64,000 nt of DNA from an uncultured bacterium (GTDB lineage Bacteria > Actinomycetota > Acidimicrobiia > Spongiisociales > UBA5794), in NCBI GenBank assembly GCA_963801165.1, contig CAWDDT010000004.1, forward strand, positions 800,001 to 864,000, written 5' to 3'. Shown in pieces: positions 19,343 to 30,507 of the stretch (position 1 is the first letter of the stretch; every line of letters begins with the position of its first letter). Both the position numbers and the translations under genes were made by a program. The notes below the pieces were generated by a model that was not told where the DNA came from, ran no database searches, and worked only from the letters and a program-made list of their open reading frames with translations.

Positions 19343-20991
19343 CTAGAAGGAACGATCGCTCGTGTGATACGCCGGGTCGCCTACCTGTGGGGTAGCCACA
19401 TCGTCCCGAAGCACGTTGTAGTCGATGGGAACCCGGATCGAGAAGCATGCACCGCCGAGCCGTTCGGAGCGGCGATAGTACGTCTCGCCCCCATGCGAGC
19501 GCGCCACACCTCGCGCCACGGCGAGCCCAATACCGGAGCCGGGGATCGGGCCCTGCCGCTGCGCGGCCCGCTCGAACCGCTCCCAGATGACGAGTTGATA
19601 GACCTCGGGTACGCCGGAGCCGTTGTCGTGTACCTCGATCACCGTGGCGTCGGCGTCGTTGTAGGCGACGAGCTCGACGTGCCCGGACCCGTAGTGGGCT
19701 GCGTTGGCGAGGAAGTTGCCGATCACCTGCACGATCCTGGCAGGATCGGCCGTGAGCGTAACGCCGTCGGCGATGTCGACCTCGATGTGTTGCGTGTCTG
19801 CTTCCGGGACGAGGGCGATTGCGGTGGCGACGATCTCGTGCGTCGATAGGTTCTCTCTGGTGACATCGACCCGGTCCATCTGGCGGCGGGCGACGGCGAC
19901 GAGATCGCCGACGACTCTGGCCAGCACATGAGATTGTGCCCGCATCAGGTCGATCATCTCGAGCTTCTCGTCCTCCGTGAAGGCCTCCCAGTCCCGAGTA
20001 GATCGAGAAAGCCGACGATGGAGGTGAGCGGGGTGCGCAGCTCGTGGCTGACGGTGGCGATGACACCTTGCTGTTCGTTCATCACCCGGCGGCGCTGCTG
20101 GGCGACGATGGCGAGTTGGCGGAGCAGCACCACGATCATCGCAGCTAGAGCCCCCAATCCGATGGCCACACTCATCGGGTCGGTGTCCCATCGACTGACG
20201 ACGTGGGCCACGATCGCCGCGGCGAGAAGCGCGACGACCGTGTAGGGAACGAGCGCCCGCTGCCAGCGTCCGGGCTCCAGGGCGACCCGCGGTGCATCCT
20301 GCACCGGGGGCATGACCAGAGGGGCGAGAGCAAACGCCGCCATACCGGCGAAAAATAAGAAGTCCGCAGGATGGCCGACTGTGTAGGGCGTGTCGCTGAC
20401 GGCCATGGTGAGGTTGCCGCCCAATGTGGCCGCGACCCCGAGCACCAGCCAAACGATCTGCCAGTCGATGCCTTGCTGGCTGCGGCGAACCGCGACATAG
20501 CCTGCCATGGCCATCACCGCGGCATCGCCGATGGCGTGATACAGCTCCCCGCTGGTCGCAACCCCGGTGCCGGAGAGGAGCCAGAACGTCCCGGTGGCGA
20601 CGACAATGCCGAGGCCAAGCGCATCCAGCAGCGCAATTGTTCTGTCATAGGGCCCGGATCGGGGGTGTGGGATCCAGAGGATGGCGAGGGCTCCGAACCC
20701 GTACGTCAGCGCAACGAAAACTGCCTCGAGGGTATCCGCACCGAGATAGTCGAGCACATAGATCGGCACCATCTGGGCCAGCGCGACGCCGACCAGTTTC
20801 CACGCCAGACCTTCCCGTCCCTCGCGCACGAGGCCCAACCGGTAGGCGGCCAGGGCACCAAGGGCGGGTAGGACAGAAGCGCAACAGAGCACAACGACGA
20901 TGGGCCAGCCCGTCTGGCCTGGGAAGCCGACGCCCCCCGCGCCGAGTGCCGCAACGAGCAGCACCGCGGCCATCCGCGGATTCACCTTCAT
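19343..20991 (-). CDS. multi-TM sensor histidine kinase; frameshift near 19990
   Basis: VSHELRTPLTSI in one frame; N-box and DNGSG/GSGIGL HATPase motifs in the adjacent frame. Confidence 0.8.
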
Positions 20992-21106
20992 TATGAAGCA
21001 ACATTGTACAGGTTTCCGTCGGGGTGTCGACATGTGTTTTGTCGGCTCACAACCGGCTTAGGCTGGCTTGGATGCGGTTTGTGCGGCGATACAGGGCGTG
21101 TGGGCG

Positions 21107-22360
21107 ATGAGTCGGACCCGGACCAGCCTGGAGACGACCTTTGCCGCTCTCGGGGTGCGCAACTTCCGGCTCTACTTCACCGGACAGATCGTTTCGGTGT
21201 CGGGGGCGTGGATGCAGCGGGTTGCCCAGGCGTGGCTGGTGCTCGATCTCACTGGAAGCGGCACCGCAGTGGGCGGGCTGACGGCGCTGCAGTTTCTCCC
21301 GCTGCTGCTGGCAGCACCGTTTGGCGGCGTGGTTGCCGATCGGGTGGACAAGCGACGTCTGTTGTTCCTCACCCAGTCGTTGGCGGGACTGACCGCCGCG
21401 ACGCTCGGGTTCCTGGTGTTCACCGACCGTGTCGAGCTATGGATGGTGTACGTCCTCGCGTTCATCCTCGGAATCGTCGGCGCCTTTGACAATCCGGCGC
21501 GGCAGTCGTTCGTGATGGAGATGGTGGGCCGGGAACGGCTCGTCAACGCGGTGTCGCTCAACTCGGTGATGATCAACGCCGCTCGAGTCATCGGTCCGGC
21601 AATTGGCGGCGTGCTGATCGTGACGGTCGGCATCGCCATGTGTTTCTTCTTCAACTCAATCTCCTACCTGGCTCTGTTGATCGCGCTGGCGTTGATGCGC
21701 CCCCAGGAGTTGGAGCGGTCGACGCCGTTGCAGCGGCGGCGCGGCCAGCTGTCGGATGGTCTTCACTACGCCGCCGCCGAGCCGTTGCTACGGACGCTTC
21801 TGGTGGTTACGGCGATCATGGGGATCTTCGCCTACGAGTTCGAGGTCTCGCTGCCGCTTCTGGCGAGGTTCACCTTCAACGGTGACGCGGATACCTTTGG
21901 CTTGATGTTCACCGCCATGGGGATCGGGGCCGTGGTCGGTGGGCTCCATACCGCGTCCAGGCAGGATCTGCGCCCGGTGTCGGCGGCCAGGATCGCACTG
22001 GTATTCGGACTTGCGATCGGGGCTACCTCGGTTGCCCCCAACCTCGTTGTTTCGATGCTGACGCTGACCGTGGTCGGTGGCGCCGGCACCAGCTTCCTGG
22101 CAGTCAGTAACTCGATGCTCCAGGTTCACGCCCGGCCCGAAATGCGTGGTCGGATCATGGCGCTGCGGGCGGTGGCGTTTCTGGGGGCCCGGCCCATCGG
22201 GGCCCCGCTGATCGGATGGATCGGCGAGCACGTTGGCCCCCGATACGGCATCGCGACGGGTGCGGTGGCTCTTCTGCTCGTGGCCGCCTGGGGCTACCCG
22301 AGGCTGCTGCGGCTGGCCGGGAACGAGAGAGCAGCGGCCGGGGGGCTTGGGGAGTCGTAG
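21107..22360 (+). CDS. MFS transporter (MFS_3/H+ antiporter-like)
   Basis: RNFRLYF.GQ.VS..G.WMQ, GGVVADRVDKRR, 12 TM. Confidence 0.9.
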   Translation: MSRTRTSLETTFAALGVRNFRLYFTGQIVSVSGAWMQRVAQAWLVLDLTGSGTAVGGLTALQFLPLLLAAPFGGVVADRVDKRRLLFLTQSLAGLTAATLGFLVFTDRVELWMVYVLAFILGIVGAFDNPARQSFVMEMVGRERLVNAVSLNSVMINAARVIGPAIGGVLIVTVGIAMCFFFNSISYLALLIALALMRPQELERSTPLQRRRGQLSDGLHYAAAEPLLRTLLVVTAIMGIFAYEFEVSLPLLARFTFNGDADTFGLMFTAMGIGAVVGGLHTASRQDLRPVSAARIALVFGLAIGATSVAPNLVVSMLTLTVVGGAGTSFLAVSNSMLQVHARPEMRGRIMALRAVAFLGARPIGAPLIGWIGEHVGPRYGIATGAVALLLVAAWGYPRLLRLAGNERAAAGGLGES

Positions 22361-22387
22361 CCACCCCGGCCGTGCAGTTGCTCAGAC

Positions 22388-22729
22388 CTATGTGGGTGCA
22401 TCTCCGCTGAGACGGTTCTTTATCGCATCGAACTCCTCGGTGCTGATCTCACCGTGGGCGAGGCGGAGAGCCGCCTCCTCCAGGGGCGTCCTGGCAACCG
22501 TGGCCGTGCTCAAGTCCCGCTGGATGCGTTCGAACTCGACGCGTTCGATGTCGCCCGATGCGTAGCGGGCGGCTGCCCGGCGTAGCGGGTCGGCGTCGGC
22601 GCCACCCATGCGGGGTCGGCGAAACGACAAGAACAGCGCCACCAGCAGGCCGGCGAGGAGCGCCAGCATCAGCATGGGGAACAGCCAGTCGAGAAGGTCC
22701 CGCTCGTGTCCGTATGGGAACTGGTGCAT
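22388..22729 (-). CDS. membrane protein with two SHOCT domains
   Basis: TM helix followed by RYASGDIERVEF and RLAHGEISTEEF. Confidence 0.8.
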   Translation of the reverse strand: MHQFPYGHERDLLDWLFPMLMLALLAGLLVALFLSFRRPRMGGADADPLRRAAARYASGDIERVEFERIQRDLSTATVARTPLEEAALRLAHGEISTEEFDAIKNRLSGDAPT

Positions 22730-22844
22730 GTCTTCCTTTCGGTCTCATGGCTATCAAACCACCGCCGTATGAAAGACAGGTGAAACCGTTCTTGGAGTCT
22801 GCTGGGTGTCGGGTATCGTCATGCCGGTGAGGGAGAGCGAGCAC

Positions 22845-24305
22845 ATGAACAGCGAGGAGACCGAGCGCTGGTCGCCGGGGCGGGGCGTGTGGTTGACGGC
22901 CGGGGCAATCGTGGCGATCGAGCTGTTGCTGTCCGCTCGCTACGGGTTCCACCGTGATGAGCTGTATTTCATCATGGCGGGACGCAGGCTCGACTGGGGA
23001 TTCGTCGATCAGCCTCCCTTGACGCCGCTGCTCGCCCGGCTGGCGGACACCGTCGGCGGCGTTTCGCCCGTGGCGCTTCGTGTGTTGCCGGCATTGGCGA
23101 TTGGGGCAGTAGTGGTGTTTGCCGCGCTGACGGCGCGGCGATTCGGCGCCGGTTCCCGGGGTCAGCTGTTCGCCGGCATGAGCGCCGGTGGGGCGGGCTA
23201 CGCCCTGGCGGTGGGTCATCTCCTGAGCACGGCAACGTTCGACTATCTGTTGTCGGCGGTGGCGCTGTGGCTGCTGGTGGGTCTGCTCGACGGCGACGAT
23301 CCGAGGCGGTGGGTATTGCTCGGGGCCGTGGTCGGGATCGGCCTGGAGAACAAGAACCTGATCGGCGTGCTTGCGGCAGTGGTCCTGCTGGCGCTGCTGG
23401 CCACCCCGCAGCGTCGGGTCCTCGTCTCCGTTTGGCCGTGGGTGGGTGCGGGCGTGGCGTTTCTCATCGCACTGCCGACCCTGTTGTGGCAGACCGCTCA
23501 CGACTTTCCGCAACTCGAGATGGCCCGGGCGTTGTCAGACCGGAGTGACGGTCCGGTGGCGTTTGTGCTCGAGCAGATCGGGCTGCTCTCGATCGTGCTG
23601 GTCGTGCCCGTGGTCTTCGGGTGGTGGCGTCTCCTGCGTTCGCCGGACATGAGGCAATGGCGGGCGATCGCGATCGCGTTTGGGCTCATCTTCGTGTTCT
23701 ACCTGATCACCGGTGGCAAGTCGTACTACGTGGCCGGGATGTACCCGGTGCTGCTCGCTGCCGGGGGAAGGTGGTTCGACGATCTGCGCGACGGTCGCAG
23801 GGAGCAAATGTTCAGCTCTGCCCGGATCGCCATCGTGGTTGGTGCGTTCATCGCCTTGCCGCTCGTCCCGGCGTCATGGGTGTCCCACGTCGACCTGACG
23901 GGAGAGCTGGGCGAGACGGTTGGCTGGCCGCAACTGATCGATCAGGTATCGGCGGTATACCAGTCGATCCCCGAAAACCAGCGTTCGGCCACCGCAATCT
24001 TCACGGGCTCGTACGGTGAGGCCGGCGCAGTCGACGTGCTCGGTGCCGATGCGGGGCTGCCGTCGGCGAGCAGCGGCCACAACAGCTACTGGCTGTGGGG
24101 ACCGCCGGAGACGCATGGCCCAATCATCGGTGTCGGTTATGTCGAGACGACGTTACGCAGCATCTGTCCAGACCTGCAGCGGGTCGGAACCATCACCAAT
24201 CCGTACGGTGTCGAGAACGAAGAGGCCGGTCTGCCGCTGCTTCTCTGTCTCGATCCCGATCGGCAGCTCGCCGACATCTGGCCCGACGTCCGGCACTACA
24301 ACTAG
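22845..24305 (+). CDS. GT39/ArnT-like membrane glycosyltransferase
   Basis: YGFHRDELYF...WGFVDQPPL, GKSYY, YGEAGA, SGHNSYWLWG. Confidence 0.88.
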   Translation: MNSEETERWSPGRGVWLTAGAIVAIELLLSARYGFHRDELYFIMAGRRLDWGFVDQPPLTPLLARLADTVGGVSPVALRVLPALAIGAVVVFAALTARRFGAGSRGQLFAGMSAGGAGYALAVGHLLSTATFDYLLSAVALWLLVGLLDGDDPRRWVLLGAVVGIGLENKNLIGVLAAVVLLALLATPQRRVLVSVWPWVGAGVAFLIALPTLLWQTAHDFPQLEMARALSDRSDGPVAFVLEQIGLLSIVLVVPVVFGWWRLLRSPDMRQWRAIAIAFGLIFVFYLITGGKSYYVAGMYPVLLAAGGRWFDDLRDGRREQMFSSARIAIVVGAFIALPLVPASWVSHVDLTGELGETVGWPQLIDQVSAVYQSIPENQRSATAIFTGSYGEAGAVDVLGADAGLPSASSGHNSYWLWGPPETHGPIIGVGYVETTLRSICPDLQRVGTITNPYGVENEEAGLPLLLCLDPDRQLADIWPDVRHYN

Positions 24306-24359
24306 GACGGCGTTGACCAGGACGGCGTTGACTAGGACGGCGTTGTGCCAGGAGCGGAG

Positions 24360-25290
24360 CTACTCCGCTTGCTTTTCGTCGGCGTGTTCCGGGTGATCCG
24401 GCGGTCTGAGGGGCAGCGTGATCGTGAAGGTGGTTCCGGCCCCGACGGTCGAGTCGACAGTGATCCCCCCGCCGTGGGCGGCGACCGCGTCGTAGCAGAT
24501 GGCCAGACCCTGACCCGAGCCACGGCCCACGGGCTTGGTGGTGAAGAATCGCTCGAACATGCGCTCCTGGACCTCCGGGGTCATGCCGGTGCCGGTGTCG
24601 GAGATCTGGATCACGACCTCGACTTCTCCGGACCATGTCCGGATACCGATGACCCCTTTGTCGTCGCCGGCGTCGGCGATGGCGTCGGCGGCGTTGATGA
24701 TCATGTTGATCAGAACCTGTTTGATCTGCCCTTCATCGCAATGTGGCTCCGGCAGAACTTCGGCCAGTTCGAGCTCGATGGAAGCGTGGTACTTCCACTC
24801 GTTGCGGCTGATGTCGACGGTGGTGGCGATCAGCTTGTTGATGTCGGTAGGACCGATGTCGCCGGGATGGGCGAAGGCCTTCATCGCCCTGACGATGTGG
24901 GCGATCTGATCGGGGCCCTCGCGGGATTGGCGTACCGCGTCGGGGATGTCCTCGAGCAGGAAGTCGAGGTCGGCCTCCTTCCTGATGAGGGCGACGGCTT
25001 CCGGGTCGTGGACTTCCGCCAGCTCGCTGAGGGCGCGCACCGCGCCGAGGAGGTTGCCGAACGAGTGGTCCAGAAACGCGGTGTAGTCAGTGACGTACTG
25101 AACCGGGGTGTTTATCTCGTGGGCGACCCCAGCCGATAGCTGACCGATTGTCTCGAGCCTTCGAGCCGACGCCAGTGACCGCTCCAGCTCGACAACGTCG
25201 TTGATGTCCCGGGTGGTAGAGAGAACTCCGACGACCTCATCACCGTGGCGGAGCGGGATGACGGTTCGAAGCACCTCCGTGGGTCTGCGG
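24360..25290 (-). pseudogene. NtrB-type histidine kinase C-terminal portion (PAC-HisKA-HATPase) lacking a clear start or sensor domain
   Basis: GQLSAGVAHEINTP, FFTTKPVGRGSGQGL; upstream frame runs into the next gene with no convincing start. Confidence 0.6.
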
Positions 25291-25392
25291 TCGAGCTCGG
25301 GGCGTTGGTGTGCTCTGGCCAGTCGGCGGAACTGATGGGGCCTTAAGCGTGAGCTCAGGGGTTGGGCTCGGGATGCTCCGGAGCTCGTGTGC

Positions 25393-25995
25393 TCAGCGAC
25401 ACTCTCCAACCCAGTAGACCTCGCCGTCCTGGATGACCCATGCGGCCTTGCTGTCGAAGGATTGGCCTTGGAAGGTGAAGGAGACGGGCGCCTCGTAATA
25501 CTGGTCGACCGCAAAGGTGGAGTCGCCTGCGGTGAGCGATCGTGACGACGGCCCTGTGATGTTCCCGGTCAGTTTGTAGTCGCTGATGGCGAGGATCTCG
25601 CTGTTTACCCAGCTGCGGCACAGATCGGCGCCAAGGGTGTCCCGGATCTCGGGGAGGAGCCGGTCGAACAGGAAACCGCCGTCACCCGACTCGGTGGCGG
25701 CGACGTAGTCGGTGACGAACTGCTCGATCGACGGCGGAGGCTCGGTGGTTGTGGTCGTGGTTGTCGTTGTGGTTGCGGTGCTTGACGTGGTGTTGGTTGT
25801 CGTTGGCGCGTTCGTGGTGGTTGTTGTACTCGTCGCTGTCGTGGGTGTGGTCGTCGTGGGTGCGGCGGTCGTGGATGTCGTCGTCGCCCCGGCTTCCGGC
25901 TCGGGTGTCGACGATCCGCCCCTGGACAGGAAACCGACGATCATCAGGAGCAGCCCGACACCGGCCATGGCAAAGCCGATGGTGCGCCGGCTCAT
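25393..25995 (-). CDS. membrane-anchored Thr-rich hypothetical protein
   Basis: N-terminal TM, poly-Thr linker, small C-terminal domain with two Cys; ATGA overlap with upstream gene. Confidence 0.75.
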   Translation of the reverse strand: MSRRTIGFAMAGVGLLLMIVGFLSRGGSSTPEPEAGATTTSTTAAPTTTTPTTATSTTTTTNAPTTTNTTSSTATTTTTTTTTTEPPPSIEQFVTDYVAATESGDGGFLFDRLLPEIRDTLGADLCRSWVNSEILAISDYKLTGNITGPSSRSLTAGDSTFAVDQYYEAPVSFTFQGQSFDSKAAWVIQDGEVYWVGECR

Positions 25996-27912
25996 TGGCA
26001 GGGCCCCGGTTGATGCTTGGCGTCGAACTCGGCCCGATCCCGCAGTGACGTGGTGATGGCGGATTGGGCCATACGACCGAGCCGGTTTACCTCATTCTGC
26101 ATCCGGTGCCGGTTGAGATCCGAGTCGAGGATGAACGACCTGTCGCGCGGCTTTCCCTTCCTGCGCAGCTTGCCGACTGTGTACTGCCAGATCTTCTCGC
26201 ACTGCCATTCGCCGTTGACGCAGCGGTAGTTGAGGTACGGCGTAGCCGTGATGGTCTGCTCGAACAGGGTGAGGTGCACGTCGTAGATCTGATTTGCCTC
26301 CAGCCACTTCCCGACCGTCTCGGCCACGAACTTGCCGAGCTTGGCGGCTTCCTTGACCACGGCAACGATGGCATCGGGCGCCGAGGTGGGAATCGAGATA
26401 TCGGTTAGGCCCGAGGCCATGGCACCCTCGGCGGTGCCCTGGACGAGACCGGCCGTTCCCATAACGTAATTACCGGCGCTGAGGCCACCAAGTGCGGTCG
26501 TGACCGAGCCGGCGGCTGATGTGGCGCCGAGCGCCTTGCCGAGTATGTCGAGGGCGGTGACCGCTTCCCCGAGGCCGACCGTCATTGCCCGGGCCTCGCC
26601 GACCTTGCGCTCGGAGCCGGCATGGACGGTGACGATGACGCTGAAGTCGACGATGGGCGTGATCTTCTCTGGCTTACCGACCTGGGAGTATGTGGTGCCT
26701 TCCTTGCACCCCGTCTTGATCGGCTGCTGCGGCGGTGGAGGTGCGGAGACCCCTGGCCCGGGTGGTCCGCTCGGACCTGACGTGCCCGGCTGTCCGGGTT
26801 GGGCCGGTGGGATGGGAGCCGCTCCCTCGCCGAGACATCTGGCCAGCGCCTCCTCGGCTTTGCGGACCTCCTCCTCGGCTTCCTGGAACCGCTCATGCCA
26901 CTCCTTGACCCGGGCCTCGTCCTCGCTGAGCGCTTGCTTGGCGATGGCGATTCTCTCTTCGAGGTAATGAGTCTCGGCGTTCATCTCGGCTTCGGAGATG
27001 CGCTTGCCCTCGTGGGCGTAGTAGGTCGTCTTGCCCTCGGTTGTCGATCCCCGTTGCTTCGACTTGCGATAGGACTCGAGATCGGCCTCGAGTTCCTTGA
27101 TCTCGGCCTCGTCGGCTTCCATGTCGTCGAGCGCGTGTTGCAGTGTCTCGTTGATCTCACCGAGCCGGTGCTGGGCGTTGGCGAGCTCTTCTCGCTCCCG
27201 GTCGCAGTTGTGCTCCTTGCCGCCGAGGGCAATCACGAGACCGCCGATGAGGATGAGGGCTCCGCCGCCGATGAGGATGCCAGGCCAGGGGAACCCGCCA
27301 CCAGTGTCGGTTGCCGGAGCGGTGGTCGTGGTGGTTGGAGCTGCGGTCGTTTCCTGCGGAGCCTCAGTAGTGGTGGTGGTAGTTGTCGTGGTAGTGGTGG
27401 TGGTGTTGTTGTTGTGGTTGTTGTTGTGGTGGTCGTCGCCGCGACGGGCGTGAGCACGGTGGAGTCGCACACGGGTTGGTTCTGGTCGACGACATAGGTC
27501 CCGTTGTCGCCGATGCCGGTGACGTCGATGGGGGTGATCGCGGCGTTGCTGACGGTGGCGCCGTTGATCTGATGGGGTCCGTATGAGAAGAGTGGTGCCT
27601 CGGCGAATGCCAGACCGTCTGGTCCAACCACTCCCATCCCCACCTGCTCCCCGGATGCGCCGGTGAGATCGAATGCGAAATCGTCTCCGGCATACTCGGG
27701 GGGAAGGACGACCCCCACGATCATCTTCGACGGGGCGTCACCGATGGGATCGTCGGGGAAGTGGATGATGCCGATGCAGGAGTCGTCGGGGACGAGGTCG
27801 GGGACGCGAATGTCCTGTGCGGCCGCTCGATCGATTCCCGATGTGGTTGTCAGGACGGCGACAAGCACGAGCGCAAACGCGGTGATTCTCCTGCAAACCC
27901 CTCTCACAATGG
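25992..27912 (-). CDS. multidomain membrane protein (signal, ectodomain, Thr linker, TM, coiled coil, Pro linker, C-terminal domain); frameshift in Thr tract near 27400
   Basis: ORFs 27233-27994 and 25992-27470 join through the poly-Thr tract; start uncertain. Confidence 0.65.
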
Positions 27913-28064
27913 TCAGAACCCTATCGAAAGGTCCTCGATCGCGGGGTGGAGCCGTGGTTGCTGGCCCAAAGCCGGTCAGCGGTTGTTCCACCACGCTGAC
28001 GACTTTTTTCGCGTATTTGGCGAATTCGGCGCGTATCTTCTAGTGAAGAGGGAAGGAGATACTT

Positions 28065-30251
28065 CTGCGACAAAGGGAGTACGTCGACTTCGACCTGGAG
28101 ATCGAGGATCTCGGGGACGAGCATTTCCGTGCCCGGGTCCTCGACTCGCCGACCGGGCAGGCGAGCATCGAGTTCGAGCTGCCCTTCTCTCCGCTCGAGC
28201 TGGAGAATTTCTTGCTCAAGATCGGCCGGCCTCGCACCGGGGTGCGTCGCATCGAATCGCCTGAGAATGCGGCGGCCCGGGAGTTCGGCACCCGTCTTTA
28301 CGACGCGGTATTCGCCGGCGATGTCGGGACCCAGTGGATGCGGAGCATCGATGCCACCGAGCGCGAGCAATGTGGTCTGCGGTTGCGATTGCGCCTATCC
28401 GAGGCGCCTCAGCTCGCTGATCTTCCGTGGGAGTATCTGTACTCGCCGGCGACTGACGATTTCGTGGTGCTGTCGTCGTGGACGCCGGTGGTGCGGTACA
28501 TATCTCTCGAAAGAGGCGCCTCGCCGCTCACGGTCACCCCGCCGCTGAAGATGTTGGCGATGGTGTCGAGTCCTTCGGACTACCCGCCGCTCGATGTCGA
28601 GGCCGAATGGGCTCGGCTCGACGAAGGGCTCGAGGACCTGGTCGGGCGGGGCGTGGTGCAGATCGAGCGGATGGAGCGGGCCACGTTGCGGGAGCTGCAG
28701 CGGGCACTCGTTCGCGACGACTTCCATCTGTTCCACTTCATTGGTCACGGCGGCTTCGATGACTCGGCCAACGACGGGGTCTTGCTGCTCGAGACCGATG
28801 AGGGTCGGGGTCGGGAGGTTTCCGGTCATCAGCTCGGCACGATCCTCGACGACGCCAGGACCATCAGGGTCGCGGTGCTCAACGCCTGTGAGGGGGCGCG
28901 CACGTCTGAGACCGATCCGTTTGCCGGGGTGGCGCAGAGTCTGGTGGCTCGGGGCATCCCCGCGGTGGTTGCCATGCAGTTCGAGATCACCGATCGGGCG
29001 GCGATCGTCTTCGCCCACGAGTTCTACACCGCTATCGCCGGCGGGCTTCCGGTGGAAGGCGCGGTCGGGGAGGCACGCCGGGCGATCTTTGGATCGAAGA
29101 ACGACGTCGAGTGGGGCACCGCCGTGCTGTACATGAGGGCCGAGGACGGGCGTCTCTTCGATCTCCGCCAACTATCCGAATCGACCCTCGAGATGGAGCG
29201 GGACACCGTCTTGATGGAGCAAACGGCGCCCGGAGAGCCTGTCGATGAAACGGTGGAGAGCTCTGGAGAGGCCCCGGGCACGGAAAAGGAGACCGCCACA
29301 TCGGCACCTGAGCCGGAGACGTCTCGGGAAACAGCCACCGTGGACGAGAACGCTGTTGCACCTACGCCGAAGGTGGCGGCGTCTGATGAAGCCGTGACCG
29401 CGGAGACCGGGGTCATCGCTTCTGAACCGGTGCCCGAACCCGGGCCGGAGCCGGGTTTCTTCGAGCGCTACTCCCGTGCGCTTGGTGCGGGTGTGGTCGC
29501 GATCTTCGTTATCGCCATGGTCGTAGTGCTGTTGCACAATGGCGATGGTGAGGGCACGACAACGACTGCGGGGGACGAATTCCAGATCGTCGACAGCTCT
29601 GAGGTGACAATGGTGCCAACACCCGGTGTGACCGTTGATGGCTTCCTCGGGGATTGGGAGTCGTTGACCGTCGGGTATCGGCTCAGCCACCCGGTACGCG
29701 ACAATCTCACCGAGGACCGCCTTGGTTCCGACTCGGTGGGCACCCTGGTGGTTGCCTACGACGATGCGGCCATGTATGTGGCAGTGGACGTCGAAGACGA
29801 CATCTATGCCCAGGCGAACACCGGCAACCAGATATGGCGGGGCGACGCCCTCGACATAAACCTATATGTCGGGCCGGGCCCGGCGCCCGGGCACCCCGAT
29901 GCGGATACCTTCCAGCTCACCATGACCCCGCTTGCCGGGTCGACGGGGCAGCCGGCTGCTGTGCTCTTCGTCGGTGATGGCAAGCAGTTCGCCGACAACG
30001 ACACTGACATTCCGGTCGACGTGCGGGGAGCCGTCGACACCGACGGTAACTGGCGTCTGGAAGCGCGCATTCCCTGGAGCCTGTTCGGCCTCAACGACAA
30101 GCCGGACGAGCTCGATGCCGCCCTGTTCGCCCTGTTTGACAACGACGGTGAATCCGCGGCCGGCAAACCTCTCCAGGCCGGGATCCTCGCCAACCTCGAT
30201 GGAGTCTTCTTCCAGCAACCGACAACCTGGGGCGTACTGACCTGGGAGTAA
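28065..30251 (+). CDS. CHAT (caspase-like) domain protein with TM helix and C-terminal CBM9/DOMON-like domain
   Basis: LPWEYL, HFIGHG, VLNACEG, AVVAMQF; TM; VDGFLGDW...YDD.AMYVAVDVEDD...EARIPW; frame open to a CTG at 28065 after AAGGAG. Confidence 0.85.
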   Translation: MRQREYVDFDLEIEDLGDEHFRARVLDSPTGQASIEFELPFSPLELENFLLKIGRPRTGVRRIESPENAAAREFGTRLYDAVFAGDVGTQWMRSIDATEREQCGLRLRLRLSEAPQLADLPWEYLYSPATDDFVVLSSWTPVVRYISLERGASPLTVTPPLKMLAMVSSPSDYPPLDVEAEWARLDEGLEDLVGRGVVQIERMERATLRELQRALVRDDFHLFHFIGHGGFDDSANDGVLLLETDEGRGREVSGHQLGTILDDARTIRVAVLNACEGARTSETDPFAGVAQSLVARGIPAVVAMQFEITDRAAIVFAHEFYTAIAGGLPVEGAVGEARRAIFGSKNDVEWGTAVLYMRAEDGRLFDLRQLSESTLEMERDTVLMEQTAPGEPVDETVESSGEAPGTEKETATSAPEPETSRETATVDENAVAPTPKVAASDEAVTAETGVIASEPVPEPGPEPGFFERYSRALGAGVVAIFVIAMVVVLLHNGDGEGTTTTAGDEFQIVDSSEVTMVPTPGVTVDGFLGDWESLTVGYRLSHPVRDNLTEDRLGSDSVGTLVVAYDDAAMYVAVDVEDDIYAQANTGNQIWRGDALDINLYVGPGPAPGHPDADTFQLTMTPLAGSTGQPAAVLFVGDGKQFADNDTDIPVDVRGAVDTDGNWRLEARIPWSLFGLNDKPDELDAALFALFDNDGESAAGKPLQAGILANLDGVFFQQPTTWGVLTWE

Positions 30252-30290
30252 CTGAGCTCACGGACGCGTTTGGCCGGGGCAGCACAACAC

Positions 30291-30322
30291 AACAGGCCCC
30301 CAGGGGGGACGAGGGGCCTGTT
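30291..30322. terminator. stem-loop, probable terminator of the CHAT gene
   Basis: AACAGGCCCC...GGGGCCTGTT inverted repeat 40 nt after the stop. Confidence 0.55.
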
Positions 30323-30507
30323 GCGAAAACGGGTGACGTGGTGTTGAACTTCACCCGCAAGCACGAATTCTAGACCTGGAAGCGGTGTTGCCGTCGTGCA
30401 GGTCCCGGGCTCGTGATGTTGCGCGGATTCCATTGCCATCGCCGGTTCAAGCCCTCGTCGGGCGCTGCCGATACCTGATAGCGCCCGGGCCGAGCTAGAA
30501 GGGGCAG

